Positions 1 through 12,162 of a stretch of 64,000 nt of DNA are shown piece by piece (position 1 is the first letter of the stretch; each line of letters starts with the position of its first letter). Position numbers and translations under genes: made by a program. Source of the stretch: Balanoglossus misakiensis (Eukaryota; Animalia; Hemichordata); NCBI GenBank assembly GCA_040954595.2, contig CM082592.2, positions 10,564,731 through 10,628,730 of the forward strand. The letters are read 5' to 3'. The notes below the pieces were generated by a model. That model saw nothing but the letters and a program-made list of their open reading frames with translations, made no database searches and was not told the DNA's origin.

Positions 1-226
1 GAGTTTCCTGAACTTCGATATGCCAAGGGTCTTTAGATCTCGGGCCTTGAATGCACGGCTGGATAAATCTAATCTTGTAATGCCGACGGCTGGCAATGTC
101 ACGAAGTTTGACGCTGGAGAAGGCATGATCGTGACTGTTTGCAGGGCTACTGTGGCTGTTGATCGCCGACCTTTGTCGATTGTCAGTGTGCTGTGTGGTA
201 GAGATGAACAACATGTCAACAGTCAT
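1..226 (-). CDS. 5' coding part of an unidentified gene running off the left edge (MTVDMLFISTTQHTDNRQRSAINSH...PWHIEVQET)
   Basis: Minus-strand ATG at 226 is open to position 1. A polypyrimidine/CAG acceptor near 298 and a GTGAG donor near 346 suggest a 5'UTR intron. Divergent from the phosphatase gene. No recognisable domain. Confidence 0.4.
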   Translation of the reverse strand, partial: MTVDMLFISTTQHTDNRQRSAINSHSSPANSHDHAFSSVKLRDIASRRHYKIRFIQPCIQGPRSKDPWHIEVQET

Positions 227-430
227 GTTGTTGATCTTTTCGTTTCGGACGTTTCACGACAATCGAATGCCCACTGACCGGTTCTTCAGAAAATCAACTG
301 TTTGTAACGATGAAAGAAAACATACATTTCGAACAAGTACACTCACCTATGCGTAAAACACGTTTCCTTCGTCGACTGGTGATTGCATGCAAACACGTGT
401 GTGCTGTCTGCTAGTTTAACAGCTGATATT

Positions 431-442
431 TGCGCCTGCGCA
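431..442. promoter_or_regulatory. NRF1-like element in a putative bidirectional promoter
   Basis: TGCGCCTGCGCA, one mismatch to the NRF1 palindrome TGCGCATGCGCA, between two divergent genes. Confidence 0.45.
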
Positions 443-655
443 CACACGTATGTCACCAAGTTCAGTGTCCGAACAGGTAGTCGAGTCGCTAGGGGCGGTA
501 TCCAGCTGGTTTCAAGGTGTTTTTGACATGAAACAGATAAGACAGCTTGCTATTGTCACTTTTCTGTAATAGGTGAGCACTCTTACACTTGTCTCAATCA
601 AATAACATTCACATATATATCGAGAAACACCAGTTACATTCATTATGCTGTTGGT

Positions 656-671
656 GGGGGGGGGGGGGGGG
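656..671 (+). repeat. poly-G run (16 nt) in the 5'UTR intron
   Basis: Homopolymer seen directly. Confidence 0.9.
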
Positions 672-874
672 TGATGGGAGGAAGTGGAGTCAAGGAGATG
701 TCCCCACCCGGCACCCTGATGACACATAACATATTTTGCATGATGAAGGATCCCCCTGCGCATAATATGGATCTGGATCGGTCCTGAGAATATCAGCTGC
801 ACATCACCAGACTGAATGTGATCCTGATCATACTCTGATACGCTGATTTTTTTCTCTTCAACAGGTGGTCAAGC

Positions 875-1693
875 ATGTCTTCATTACTCTGTACGATTGC
901 ATCTCTGTGCCTGAAGCAGACTCCATTTGTCTTAAAACCCAAGTCTGACATACCAACCCCACAGATACCACACTTAACTCTGGGCGAGGACATTGTCGCC
1001 GATAAAAGGCTAACAATTATTGGAGATGTACACGGTTGCTATGACGAACTTGTTGAATTGCTGGAGAAGACACGAAGTCTGGGAAACGATTCTCTCATTC
1101 TGTTTGTCGGGGATTTGATCAATAAAGGCCCAAAGAATAAACTTGTCTTGGAATATGTGAAGGAATTGTACAATGCCTTTGCTGTCAGGGGCAACCACGA
1201 TGAAGCAGTTCTACGTGAGATGATGTACAGCAAAAAGGAGGAGTATGTTCTGTCTGAGAAATATCAGTGGACTTCAGAACTTGACCAGAGTGACTGGGAC
1301 TATCTATCGCACTTACCATACACTATAAGTATACCAAGCAAGAAAATTATGATAGTACATGGTGGATTGGTTCCTGGTAAACCCCTAACCAGGCAAAAGG
1401 CAACTGATATGGTAACAATCAGAAACCTTGTATTTACAGACTATTTTGGAGGAGATGGTTGGAAAGGGTGTAACTCTATCAAGATCGGCTATCCATGGGC
1501 GTCACTGTGGCCAGGACCGTACCATGTGTATTTTGGCCACGACGCCAGGAGAAAACTACAACAGTATGATTATGCCACGGGACTTGATACTGGCTGTGTG
1601 TATGGTGGATGTCTGACAGCTGCTGTGATTGATCTGGATGGTTCCACGGAGTTCTATAAAGTTAATGCTCATTCTGTGTACAGGAAACCCTGA
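875..1693 (+). CDS. ApaH-like (ALPH/Ppn2-type) calcineurin-like metallophosphoesterase, bis(5'-nucleosyl)-tetraphosphatase family; single coding exon
   Basis: 272 aa with PPP motifs GDVHG, GDLINKG, RGNHD, HGG, FGH and LDTGCVYGG. Splice acceptor (ttttctcttcaacag) just upstream of the ATG. Confidence 0.9.
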   Translation: MSSLLCTIASLCLKQTPFVLKPKSDIPTPQIPHLTLGEDIVADKRLTIIGDVHGCYDELVELLEKTRSLGNDSLILFVGDLINKGPKNKLVLEYVKELYNAFAVRGNHDEAVLREMMYSKKEEYVLSEKYQWTSELDQSDWDYLSHLPYTISIPSKKIMIVHGGLVPGKPLTRQKATDMVTIRNLVFTDYFGGDGWKGCNSIKIGYPWASLWPGPYHVYFGHDARRKLQQYDYATGLDTGCVYGGCLTAAVIDLDGSTEFYKVNAHSVYRKP

Positions 1694-2388
1694 AATATAT
1701 GTATATGTATTAAAGTTACCTATAATCTAGGTTCTACATCCCTGTGATTATGACACTTGCTTAATATTTCTATACACAAGCAACTCAACAAGAAGTTTCA
1801 TGTTTGTCAAGGGGAGATAATTGATACTTGAATCTCAATGCTGCCAATGTAGTCAGTTTGAGCATGGGGTTGAAATCATTCTTGAATATTATTTCAGTCA
1901 ATGGACATTTTTAAAAATTACAGAAGTTCTCCAGATTTAATAATGTTCCTCTAAAATTAACTTCTATAGCAACCACAACATATTTGTGTCTGTAATAATT
2001 ATTTTATTTAGTCATACATGAACAGAAATTGTTCACTATTATGCAAACACCATTTTAAGACCTCCATATGGGGTTGTCGCATAGTTTCTTATCTCAGAAT
2101 ACACTGTACCAGTATTTGCTTTCATTATTTTGCACAAAATAAATCTGAAATATTTAAAACTATTCGGTGTTAAGTCTTTTATTTATTGATTTTCAAGAGC
2201 CTAGTCTGGAACCTGGAATCAGAATATGGTTCCAATGCCGTTCTGCTGGACCGGAAGTTCATGAATCTGAACATGAATCTGGTTCTGTTGCTAATCGCAG
2301 TGAACCAAAAATGGCTGCGTCCGTGTGATGTTATCGTGATCAAGGGTTTCGGTTTCTTTTTGGCTACTTTCTGGCTTATTGCGGCAAT

Positions 2389-5300
2389 ATGACAGCTTCA
2401 ATTGTGGATGCCTTGCGAGCTTCAAAGAAGGGGAAGTTGAAATACGATCCGCACTGGTGTAAGAACGGAATTCAGGTAAAAAACTCCACGATCGAGTCTA
2501 CATGTATGTTAGCTGCAGTTCAGTACATGGCTCCAGGTTCCTTACAATGGCCATGAAGCACAAATGAATGTATCAGCATGGGTGGTTCAAATAGCTGTGT
2601 AATGGTATAGTCTGAATTTCTTTGACTTGACAGAACGTTCTTGAAGAATGTACATCCCCTCCGAGGTTGCCAATCAAATCAATAAAAGAGGTGAACGTAT
2701 TGCAATCCATAGATGATTCCATATCTGAAATAGACAGCATTTACACTTTTCAAAGCAGTGAAATAAGTGGACCACACGTCAAAGTCAGAAGTCTTGAGAC
2801 AACGGCTGACAGGTGAGCTAATGGTATTGTTACATATAATGGCCAGACATGCCAGCAATTTCTCAGAACTGCGTTTTCTATAATATAAAGTCAGCGTGTC
2901 TTAGTTACTGATAGCAGCTTTTCTTTTCTTATTAGCCTAACTGATACCACAGATAATTCATCAGATTTGTCATTCACCATCTCTCCAAGTCGTGGTAGCA
3001 TTGAAGTGGCTATCAGGGAGTATGAAAAAGAGTATGAAAGACAGGCAGAGGTAAGTATTTTCCTGTTTTTATCCTATAAGAATATAAGAACAGCTAATTA
3101 AAAAAATTACCTATTTTATTTTTAAAAAATTACCTTTTATATCTGGTGTTCTATACATTGTAGAATGCTATCAAAATGAGAAAAGATAATATTGACAGTT
3201 ACATGAAGATGATAAATGAAAGGGCTGGACAGCAGATTGCAAGGCTGGAGGAAAAGGCAGAACTTGAGCGCGAACAAGCTTTGAAGAGACTTCAGTTATT
3301 GGAGGCCAAGAAAAGTGAAGAAAGCAAACAGAGACAGTTGAAAAGAAAAGAACATGCTCAAGATCGAGTAAAGGTAAAGAAAAATGTTACATAAAGTGAT
3401 ACATAAAGAATATCTTGATGACTTTTGATGGTGTCATGATTATTCAGGGGTGTTTTGTTTAAAGTATGCCACACTTTATCTGCAGACATTGGAGTTGAAG
3501 ATGAAAGAAGCTCAAAAGAGACGAGAAGAAGAGGAAAGGAAAAAGTGAGTTGATACAAGTTCCCCTGTGTTTCTAAAATAAGCATGACTTTGTCATTTCT
3601 TTCTGCCACTTTTCCTTCAGATTTATATTGCTTTTTATGAACATACAACACTTTTTCACAAAACACAGGGAAGAAGAGAAGAAAATCCTTCAGCTTCTAC
3701 TGTCCAGTCAGCAACATATCAATTTATATGCAGACAGAATGGAACAATTAGTGAACAACTGTAAACACAAGCAACATTTACCAAACAATGTGAAACCTCT
3801 CCTCGATAGCTTCAAACAATACAAACAGTTGGCAGGTATGTACTGGTTAAATCAGAGTAGATGGTAATGAAAAGTGTAGCCCTTGACTTAATAGTTTATT
3901 TTGTTGCTTTTAAAAATAAAGAGAGATACTGTAGTTTAGCATTAGGGCTGAATCAACTTGATAATGTATTTTCTGATTTCAGAAATCATTGTTTCTGATG
4001 CAAAGAAGACAAACCCAACAAAAGGTCATAATGATAAGATGAATGCAGTGTATGCCAAAATTAAAACATTCTTGGAACAAGTTAATAAATTAGTAGGTAA
4101 GGAACATAATTACATTCAAAAGCTAAGTCTTCACTGTATGTGATTCTATGCTTGAATTGTAGTGTCTGTTGCAGTTAGACTGGATGCAAATGTGTACGAA
4201 TGATTTGGTGATGGTTTTTGTTTGTCAGTTGAAGCTGAACAGAAAGGAAAAGATGAAGAAGAAGAAGAGGAGAAGAAGAAAGCCGAAACAGCAGCAGCAG
4301 AGGCTGCAGCGGCAAGTGCTGCTGCTGCTGCTGCAGCCAAGAAGAAAGCAGAAACACAGAGTCCGCAATCAGTTGCCACTGCATCAGGTGCTTCAGCTTC
4401 AGGTAAGGCCAATCCAGTGTGGGACTTTCTTCTACTAAAATATAGTACCTTGCAGGGTTCATGATAACCACGTAAAACACTAACAACAATGCCTGCGTCA
4501 GTAATAATGTTTCAAAAAATATTTTCAATTTCAGCTTCCATTTTTGAATTGATTATTGAGTATCTCATCTTTTCTGTGTGGATTTCTTTCAGTTGGACTT
4601 GAAAGCCATGTAGCAACTGATGCTCTCCGTGAGTATGAAGCACTAAAAGAAAAGAGGAAAGCATTGATTGAATCCTTTAAAGACCTCAGTGACACAAAAG
4701 ATTCACAGGTTAGTTCATGAGGTTGAATTGCAGTCGATGAAGAAGTAGAAAAGCCTTCTCTTCTTATTGCAGCCAGAAAAGAAACTTACCCTGGCCAGTA
4801 GACATATTGACAGTTCGACTGTAATGTAAAATATTTTTGTGGTGGAAGTCATTTGTACAAATACAGTTTGTTTTCTCCTCTTTATTTGCAGCTGAAAAAA
4901 TATAAATTTGACCTTCAGAAAGCAGTGAATACCACAGTTAATACAATATCCCGTCAGTCAGGCAGCCATCTTCTGAGCAAGATACAGAAATTACATGCGT
5001 TGTTATCGGGAAGACCTGTTGAAGTGACTGGTAAACATGTCAGTGCCACTACACATCCTGCTGGAGTTGCATTTTGCAAAGATCTCCTGGCAAAGAAGAT
5101 TGTTGTGAGTACTTGGTGGTGGTGGTGTTATACTCTATGAAATTTGAGTTTGTTGTTTATCACCCCCTCTGGTCATCTGTCTCAATCATCTTTAATTCTC
5201 TCTCAGAAACAAGGTGATGAGCAGGTGGCAGCTAGTGCTGATTCAGCTTATCCAATCGCAGCTGTGGCTGTTGGAGTGTGGGCGGAGTTTCCAGATTTTG

Positions 5301-6530
5301 GAGAAATCCTATTGGCCGAGTTCTATCAAGCTTGTCCTTATCTTGTGCCGTACTACATCCCAAAGAAAGAAGGCCAGTCTTCAGAGGAATATTACAAGTG
5401 AGTGTACTCATCCTATCCAAAGTTTGTCCAGGCAATCTCATCCACATTCAGTGCTGATGAAAATCATTTCCATCTCTTTGAAAACATTCAGAACGCAAGG
5501 CTACCGTTTTACTGATGGTCAAGTTGAAAAACAAGATAAATTTTTGAAGAGGATGACTGGAATTTGTCGACTCTATGCTGCAATATTACAATCACAGTCA
5601 CCGAAAGGACCCACTCATGTAAGTTATTTCCAATAATCTTTTGTACATTTCAGTACAACCAACTGGCATAACACACTAACCTGTCACAAAAATGAACTGA
5701 GCAAATTCAAATGTCACACTCCTGATGTCTTTCTTTTCAGCCTCATCCACATGGATTGGAGCGTGCGTGGATCTGGTTTGCAAGAATTCTAAATCTCAAT
5801 CCTCACCCGGATATCACAGCCACTTTAATTTATGATATGCTGACAGTAAGTATTGTCTGTTGCTGGCTCTTGTAAATCCTGTGTGAACTGAAGGCTGAAT
5901 AATTATTAAGAAAAAAGTTCAATTTGAAAAATAAACATTGTTATGAGATTGTGACTGAACCTGCATAATATTCTTTTTTTCAATCTAAGGTATGTGGACA
6001 TTCTCTGGTTGAGATGTATGGGAGCCAGTTTATTAAAATCCTAGCTACTTTAATAAAAGATAATTTACCAAAGTAAGTATTAATGTTTATGTGTTGTCAC
6101 ATTATTCTTTTCCTGACACGGTTCACAGAAAAATGTTCAGGTCTGTTCAAGTCTGTCAGAGTTGCACTCCTATGTGGCCACAATAACTAACAACCTTTTT
6201 TGTCTCCAAATTTCAGTATAGAAAGAGTCACTCCAGAAGGATCTGGAGGACCGGTTGTCAGACTGAAAATATTTCTTGAGGTGTGTAAGTCACAATTTCG
6301 TCAGTGTGTTGAAAAGTAGAATTTTTGTGACTGTTTTAGTACATGCTGTATTAGATGTCAGTTTATGAACATATGCAAACATATTTAGGAGTAATCACAA
6401 TACTTGATGTTCAGATACAGAAATTTAAACATTTCAAAACCATGTTTTCCTCTCGTTTCAGAAATGCCTCGCAAAAAATGCTGTGCCACCTCCTGAGGGC
6501 GCTCTATCAACAAGATTCTGGAGAAGCTGA
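2389..6530 (+). CDS. GLE1: mRNA export factor GLE1 (multi-exon)
   Basis: N-terminus MTASIVDALRASKKGKLKYDPHW resembles human ALRSSDKGRLCY. Coiled-coil exons follow, then KYKFDLQKAVNT, CPYLVPYY, EKQDKFLKRMTGICRLYAA and HPHGLERAWIWFARILN. C-terminus AVPPPEGALSTRFWRS* matches human ...FWRS. About 16 GT-AG exons. Confidence 0.95.
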
Positions 6531-7237
6531 TAGTTTTTTTTTCTGCCTATGGACAGATGACAACCAACATCGTTTGAAAATTGTCAGTTTTGCTCAACAC
6601 TCCCCCAAACAACTTTCTTAGCGCAAATGCAAGATTTAAATTTTGGCAGGGACATTTTAAATTTGTTCAGCATTGAACATAATAATTCTGAAAATGAAAT
6701 CTGACTTATCACGAGCAACATGTGTCAATACTGAGTACGGGTCACAGAATAAAATCATGATATGTAATTGTGCCTTATATTGACTGGAAATTTCACATAT
6801 TTTGAGAAAATAAACTACTTTTTTACAAAAGAGTATGGGTTTGAATTGGTTTTGACATTGAAAATTGAATGTTGCTAATCATTTCGGTCACATTTTCGGA
6901 TGTGAAATTTTACATCAATATGTGCCTACAATGGCTCACTTTTATGGCATGGTATTCCATTTGTTGCCTCTTCATGTCGCTGTGTGTTGGGAACAATTGC
7001 TTTTGTGACTTTACTAAACACAGGGAGAAATTTGCATAGTTCATTGTTGGGAATGTGAGTCAGAAATGTTTAGAAACAATAGCCATCATCTGCTCACATA
7101 TGTAATCAAACTGCTGTACATTGTTCAGAGTTCTTGACCGAACATGCATTTAGTCATCGACCCTAGGGTGTATGATTCAGTATAAATACAATTTCATTTC
7201 ATATAGTCGACACACCCTGTACTTTTTTACGGTGAAG

Positions 7238-8806
7238 ATGCTTGCATTACGTCTCCAGTTCATTGTCATGGTAACAGTTTTTCCTGTGACAGTCTTTTCT
7301 CAGCAATCGGAGGAGCCTTTCCGGGTAGTTTGGGATGTGCCTTCCTATCGATGTCGTGACGAATTTGGAGTGTCCATAGACTTGGAAAAGTACAAGATTA
7401 TCGCGAATCAGAATCTGACCTGGCGGGGAGATAAGATCGTCATGTTAAACCATGAACTTGGATTGTATCCTTCCTTCGACGCCGATGGAGAACCTGTCAG
7501 GAGTGGTGTACCACAGGTAATTTTCACCCTTTCATCCCAAATTCCCTCTTTAGAGGTCCAACTTTACCGTAGAAAACAATGGGTTTGGAGTGAACCTTGG
7601 GGGTGAAAGGGTTAAACCTTCATGTACATGTACTGCACTTGGTTCGGATGTGCCAAAACAGACTTTTACTTGAAAAGGGATCGCATGATATTTGTGGTGC
7701 ACAACCTTTGCAATATTAACTTTTTCTTTATCATTTGTTTCAGCTTGTAAACTTGACCGAACATTTCAAGAAAGTCGCTGAGGATGTGAATCAGCTCATT
7801 CCGGATAAAAATTCAACTGCTTTGGTGGCGATCGATTGGGAAAGGTGGCGTCCTCTCTGGGAACAAAATACGGCAGACAGATCTATCTACCGCCGTTTCT
7901 CCAAATTTCTTGTCCGCAGAAGTCACCCGGATTGGCCTGAAAACTTGGTTAGAGAGACTGCAAAGGCTGAGTTTGAATCGGGTGCGAGAACACTCATTGA
8001 AGCGACGATTGAGCTCGGCAAGGAAATGCGCCCCCTTGCTCTCTGGGGATTCTACATAGACCCTGATTTCTATGGTGACTGGTGCGGTGGCGGACACGAC
8101 GCCATGTGTACATGGACTATGCAACAGCAAAATGATCGTCTGCAGTGGCTTTTCGATGCAAGCACCGTTGTCTACGCGACCACTTATATTTCGAAAGCAA
8201 CCCAGCCATCAGATCGCAAGACCTTTGTCTCTGGAGTCCTGAATGAAGTTGAAAGGATGGTATTACAATCATCCAATCCTCATACACCAATTTATACATT
8301 CTCTAACTACGATTACAGAAAATTGATGATACCTTTATCGCCGGTAAGTGTACAATAAGTCGATCAATAACGCCACAGACCCTTGAGAAACTATTATAAT
8401 GCCAAATTTAGACTCAAATCAGAACCACTTGGACCAATACATTTTCTCATTTCAGACCGACCTGGAGAACACTATTGGACAGAGTGCCACGAAAGGTTTA
8501 CATGGTGTCGTTATCTGGCAAAACAATCTACAGTCGAAAACGTTACAGGCATGTCAAAATCTGAAGCAATATGTCGACGATATACTGGGTCCTTACGTCC
8601 GAAAGACCGTGCGATTTGCTGAGGAGTGTAGCCGCAGACGCTGCAGTGATCGAGGTAGATGTGTCAAGTATGAAAATGGCGAGACCGAGAGGGCCATGGC
8701 GGCTGTGGTTGGCGAATATCGTTTATTGCACGACGTCTTCGCTGACTTTTATTGTCGGTGCAATGCGGGTTGGCATGGATACCAATGTGACGCTGTCACT
8801 GCTCCT

Positions 8807-8809
<3 letters not shown>
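7238..8809 (+). CDS. secreted hyaluronidase-like glycoside hydrolase (GH56); exons 7238-7516, 7744-8343, 8456-8809
   Basis: Signal peptide, PFRVVWDVPS, LGLYP, GVPQ, catalytic IDWERW, WGFY, NDRLQWLF, GVVIW and a C-terminal EGF-like Cys pattern (CS..RCSDRGRC...FYCRCNAGWHGYQC). Confidence 0.92.
7523..7615. mobile_element. ~93-bp piggyBac-like MITE copy in hyaluronidase intron 1
   Basis: Terminal inverted repeats TTCA-CCCTTTCATCCCAA ... TTGGGGGTGAAAGGG-TTAA. Internal similarity to the copy at 29672. Confidence 0.65.
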
Positions 8810-8888
<79 letters not shown>

Positions 8889-8942
8889 GGTGGTGGTGGT
8901 GGTGGTGGTGGTGGTGGTGGTGGTGGTGGTGGTGGTGGTGGT
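8808..8942 (+). repeat. compound microsatellite (GAT)22(GGT)23 beginning in the hyaluronidase stop codon
   Basis: Seen directly. Confidence 0.97.
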
Positions 8943-9739
8943 GGGAGGGGGCATTGTTCAATAAAAATTATTACTTTGTGAAAATGTCTCGACCTGTGAC
9001 TAAGTGTCGTTCAAAATCTGAAAGGCTGCACGGTACGAGAACGTCATCGGGCTTCCAACATGTCAAAACACCTGGGAGAGGGTACTGACCAATCGCATTA
9101 TAGTGAATTTAGTAGCAATTTAAATAAGAATGAAAACATGCATATATAATACAGTAGTACTACTTGGTTCGCCAACACGTGGATTGTGAACTCGTGGCTT
9201 GCGTGTATTTCTTGGCATGTTTTCATCGTTTTTAAAACGACACCGGAAAAGCAACGATGAATTGTTCGTTCCACGAATACATCAGAAACCCAAATGAAAG
9301 CGATAACCATGATGGAGGAGACTGGGCTTTAATTTTGGCGATTTATTCGGTGAGTAGAAGACACGACGCTGCGAGCAATCTTCGTCTCCTGGGATATCAC
9401 AGCCTGAGTAAGTACATGTATATGATTATTATATGCTGGCTAAACTAATACGAAATCGACCCCTCCCATCAGGTACAGATAATAGACTTTCGACTGTATC
9501 AAGAGAACACAGCGGAACATGTATGAGCTTGGAGTTTAGAAGAGTTTTTCAATATTAAGACGTGCGGTCAAAGGTCGGAGCCAATACTGGCGTTTCTATG
9601 AACAACAGCTATAAACTTACTTGACGTGACGTCATATTGACAATTTATAACACACGACACACGGTTGGCCAAGTCTGGCGTTGTGGGTATTTTCTCAGTC
9701 CGTGGTGGCGTTACCTGTTGTTAGTCGTATTCAACAATC

Positions 9740-11565
9740 ATGAAGTGCTTGAAAGTCAAGAAATCTGACTTCGATTTGCGTCATGAGGACGAGACCGTCT
9801 TTGTAAATGCACAGGTAAGTTAACTTCCCTAATAATGTATGTCTCTGTATAAGCATGATATAATTGTCAATGGTATAAGCACGGACTCTCTTTGTAAAGG
9901 GGTCGTGGTATAAGCTTCGCTTGATCCTACACCCATATTAGACTGCACATGAACAGACAGGCCATCTTTTGGATGGGAGACTAATGGTGCGGATGCATTG
10001 TTCCTATTCTTCAGGTGTATGCACACTGTATACACGTAGAGCTCCTTTTGGATTAATAAAACGAAAGGCATGTATAAGTCTATGGTGGTAGGGCACCAAA
10101 GGTTTCGTCGCTAACAGTACATGTATTTTGCTTGACTGGTAGGGCAGTTCGATTTGCATCACAGCGAATATTGGCAGTAGACAGTTAGAAATAGATCTGA
10201 TGGCAGATATGGGTACAAAACAATATTGACGTGTGTCGTATGTTTATTAGAACAATGCTATTCGTTTGCCAAAGAACTATAGAAAGCACGAGTTCCTTAC
10301 TCCTCATAACTGTCAATAAATCTACATACCATGCGACATTCTGAGTGAAATCACAACCTTTCATTCGGGTCAAGTATCAATAAAGAAATAAAACTGACCA
10401 AAGTTCATAGTCCTTTAACAATCACATCGTGCTGGTTATGTGTACTTTTACTGACATTTGATTATTGAGAAGAAACCCAATTTCTCATCGTAAAAAACTT
10501 GTATGTCATGTATGTCATTATTATCAGGTGGTGGCTAACAAAGATGTCTTGATTTTTGTCGCTTATAGTTCCTGCTTATTTTTTCACAGTGGAAGTTTAT
10601 ACCCAAACCAGTCTTCATTGTGTACCGTCTTCTTGTCGCGGCATACTTCCTTGGGTGGTGTCTATACACGATGATAACCAGTGTCAGCGGAGGTGATGGG
10701 TCATATTTCACTTATATGACCAGCTGGGGATTCATAACGGTAACGGCGTACCTTGTGACAGCCTCGTCGGTGACAATCTTTTTCCACGCGCGTGCAAAGT
10801 TCAGAGGTCAGTAATATCACTTAAAATGTGTTAAGTTTACCAAGAATACCTAGAACTCATATGATTGATTGACTGATTGAGTGAGTGAGAGAGTGAGTGA
10901 ATGAATGAATGGTTGATTGGTTGTATGACTGACTGACTAACTACCTGTTTTTTTTCTCCTTCTATTTTGCAGCTTCAGAGCAGAGAAAAGAAGACCCATA
11001 TCGTGACACCCCGTGGTATTTCATGTTGTCATGGTTACTATTCAACCTTGCAGCCATCGTGGCACCCGTCGTCACCCTTATTTACTGGGGTGCCCTCTAC
11101 GGTGGATACGGATTGGAATTGGTCGATTTCCACGTGCATGCAGTCAATTTCATAGCCATGGTTTTAGAAGTCATTATAGCCGCCATGCCAGTCAGAATAG
11201 TCCATGCAGTATACCCCATAATATACGGGTTGTGTTACTTAGTCTTTACTCTGGTATACTGGGGTATAACGGGCGATATCGTGTATGGGATTCTGGATTA
11301 TTCTGAAAATCCAGCGTTGGCAATCGGTTTTATATTTGGCTGTATTGTAATCATGTTAATGTTCCAGTTAATGCTTTGGTCAGTGTACAGAATTAAACTA
11401 CGATTTAGCCGTACGACGCCCATTGCAATGTCTGATATCGATATCGTCGTTCCTGCAGACGGCGATGTCAGTTGTCAATACGGCTTCGATAATACGGCGA
11501 TGATGACGACAGAGATCTCGGTTCAAATAGATACAGAAGATGAAAATAAGAACGAATACAAATAA
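9740..11565 (+). CDS. protein rolling stone-like multipass membrane protein, copy A; exons 9740-9814, 10590-10806, 10973-11565
   Basis: Exon 1 MKCLKVKKSDFDLRHEDETVFVNAQ|W, then YMTSWG, SWLLFN..VTLIYW, HVHAVN, PVRIVHAVYP and YGILDY. About six hydrophobic segments. Exon phases join cleanly. Confidence 0.82.
10862..10940 (+). repeat. degenerate TGAN tetranucleotide microsatellite in intron 2
   Basis: tgat/tgag/tgaa/tgac units seen directly. Confidence 0.8.
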
Positions 11566-12162
11566 ACGTTTAAGTAGGAATGCTGCTAAATATTTTACAT
11601 AACGTTTTCCTGACACTTTCACCGGATATCAAGCACTAAATGTAATATAGAATGAATGTGGGTCATTGTCATACCTTATTCCACAAAATAATGTAAATAA
11701 AGACGTCTTGCATGACAAGCTTCTGTACTTCGTGTGGGTTTCGAGGTTTGTGCCATGCAAGACAAAGAAAACTTGTATTCTCTTGTATCAGTATCTCATT
11801 CACATCTACGAAATATTTAACACTTGGTCCAGATGCGGATGTGTGTGTATGTTATAGGGATGTTCTTACAACACTTTAGAATCAGCGCGAAAGTTACATA
11901 ATGCATAGAGGGACAAAACTGTTGCGAGGCTCAAACAGGTGGTTTTGGCAAAGAACTCCTATCCGTATTCTTTTATATATGCATCCATGTCTTTAAAATC
12001 AGTATATATTCATACAACACCAATGCGCTCTGCTGAATCAATGTTTAATTTAACTGAAAACAACTGATATAAGAAATTGTCACACTCCTTGCGAATTGAA
12101 TAAGTTAGAAATGCCCGACATTCTTACCAGGTCAAATTCATACTCTAAGAAACCGTGGAAAG

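Noticed and set aside
8571-8981. ORFs with poly-Asp/Gly (+) and poly-His (-)
   Set aside because: Alternative-frame read-through of the (GAT)n(GGT)n microsatellite; not genes.
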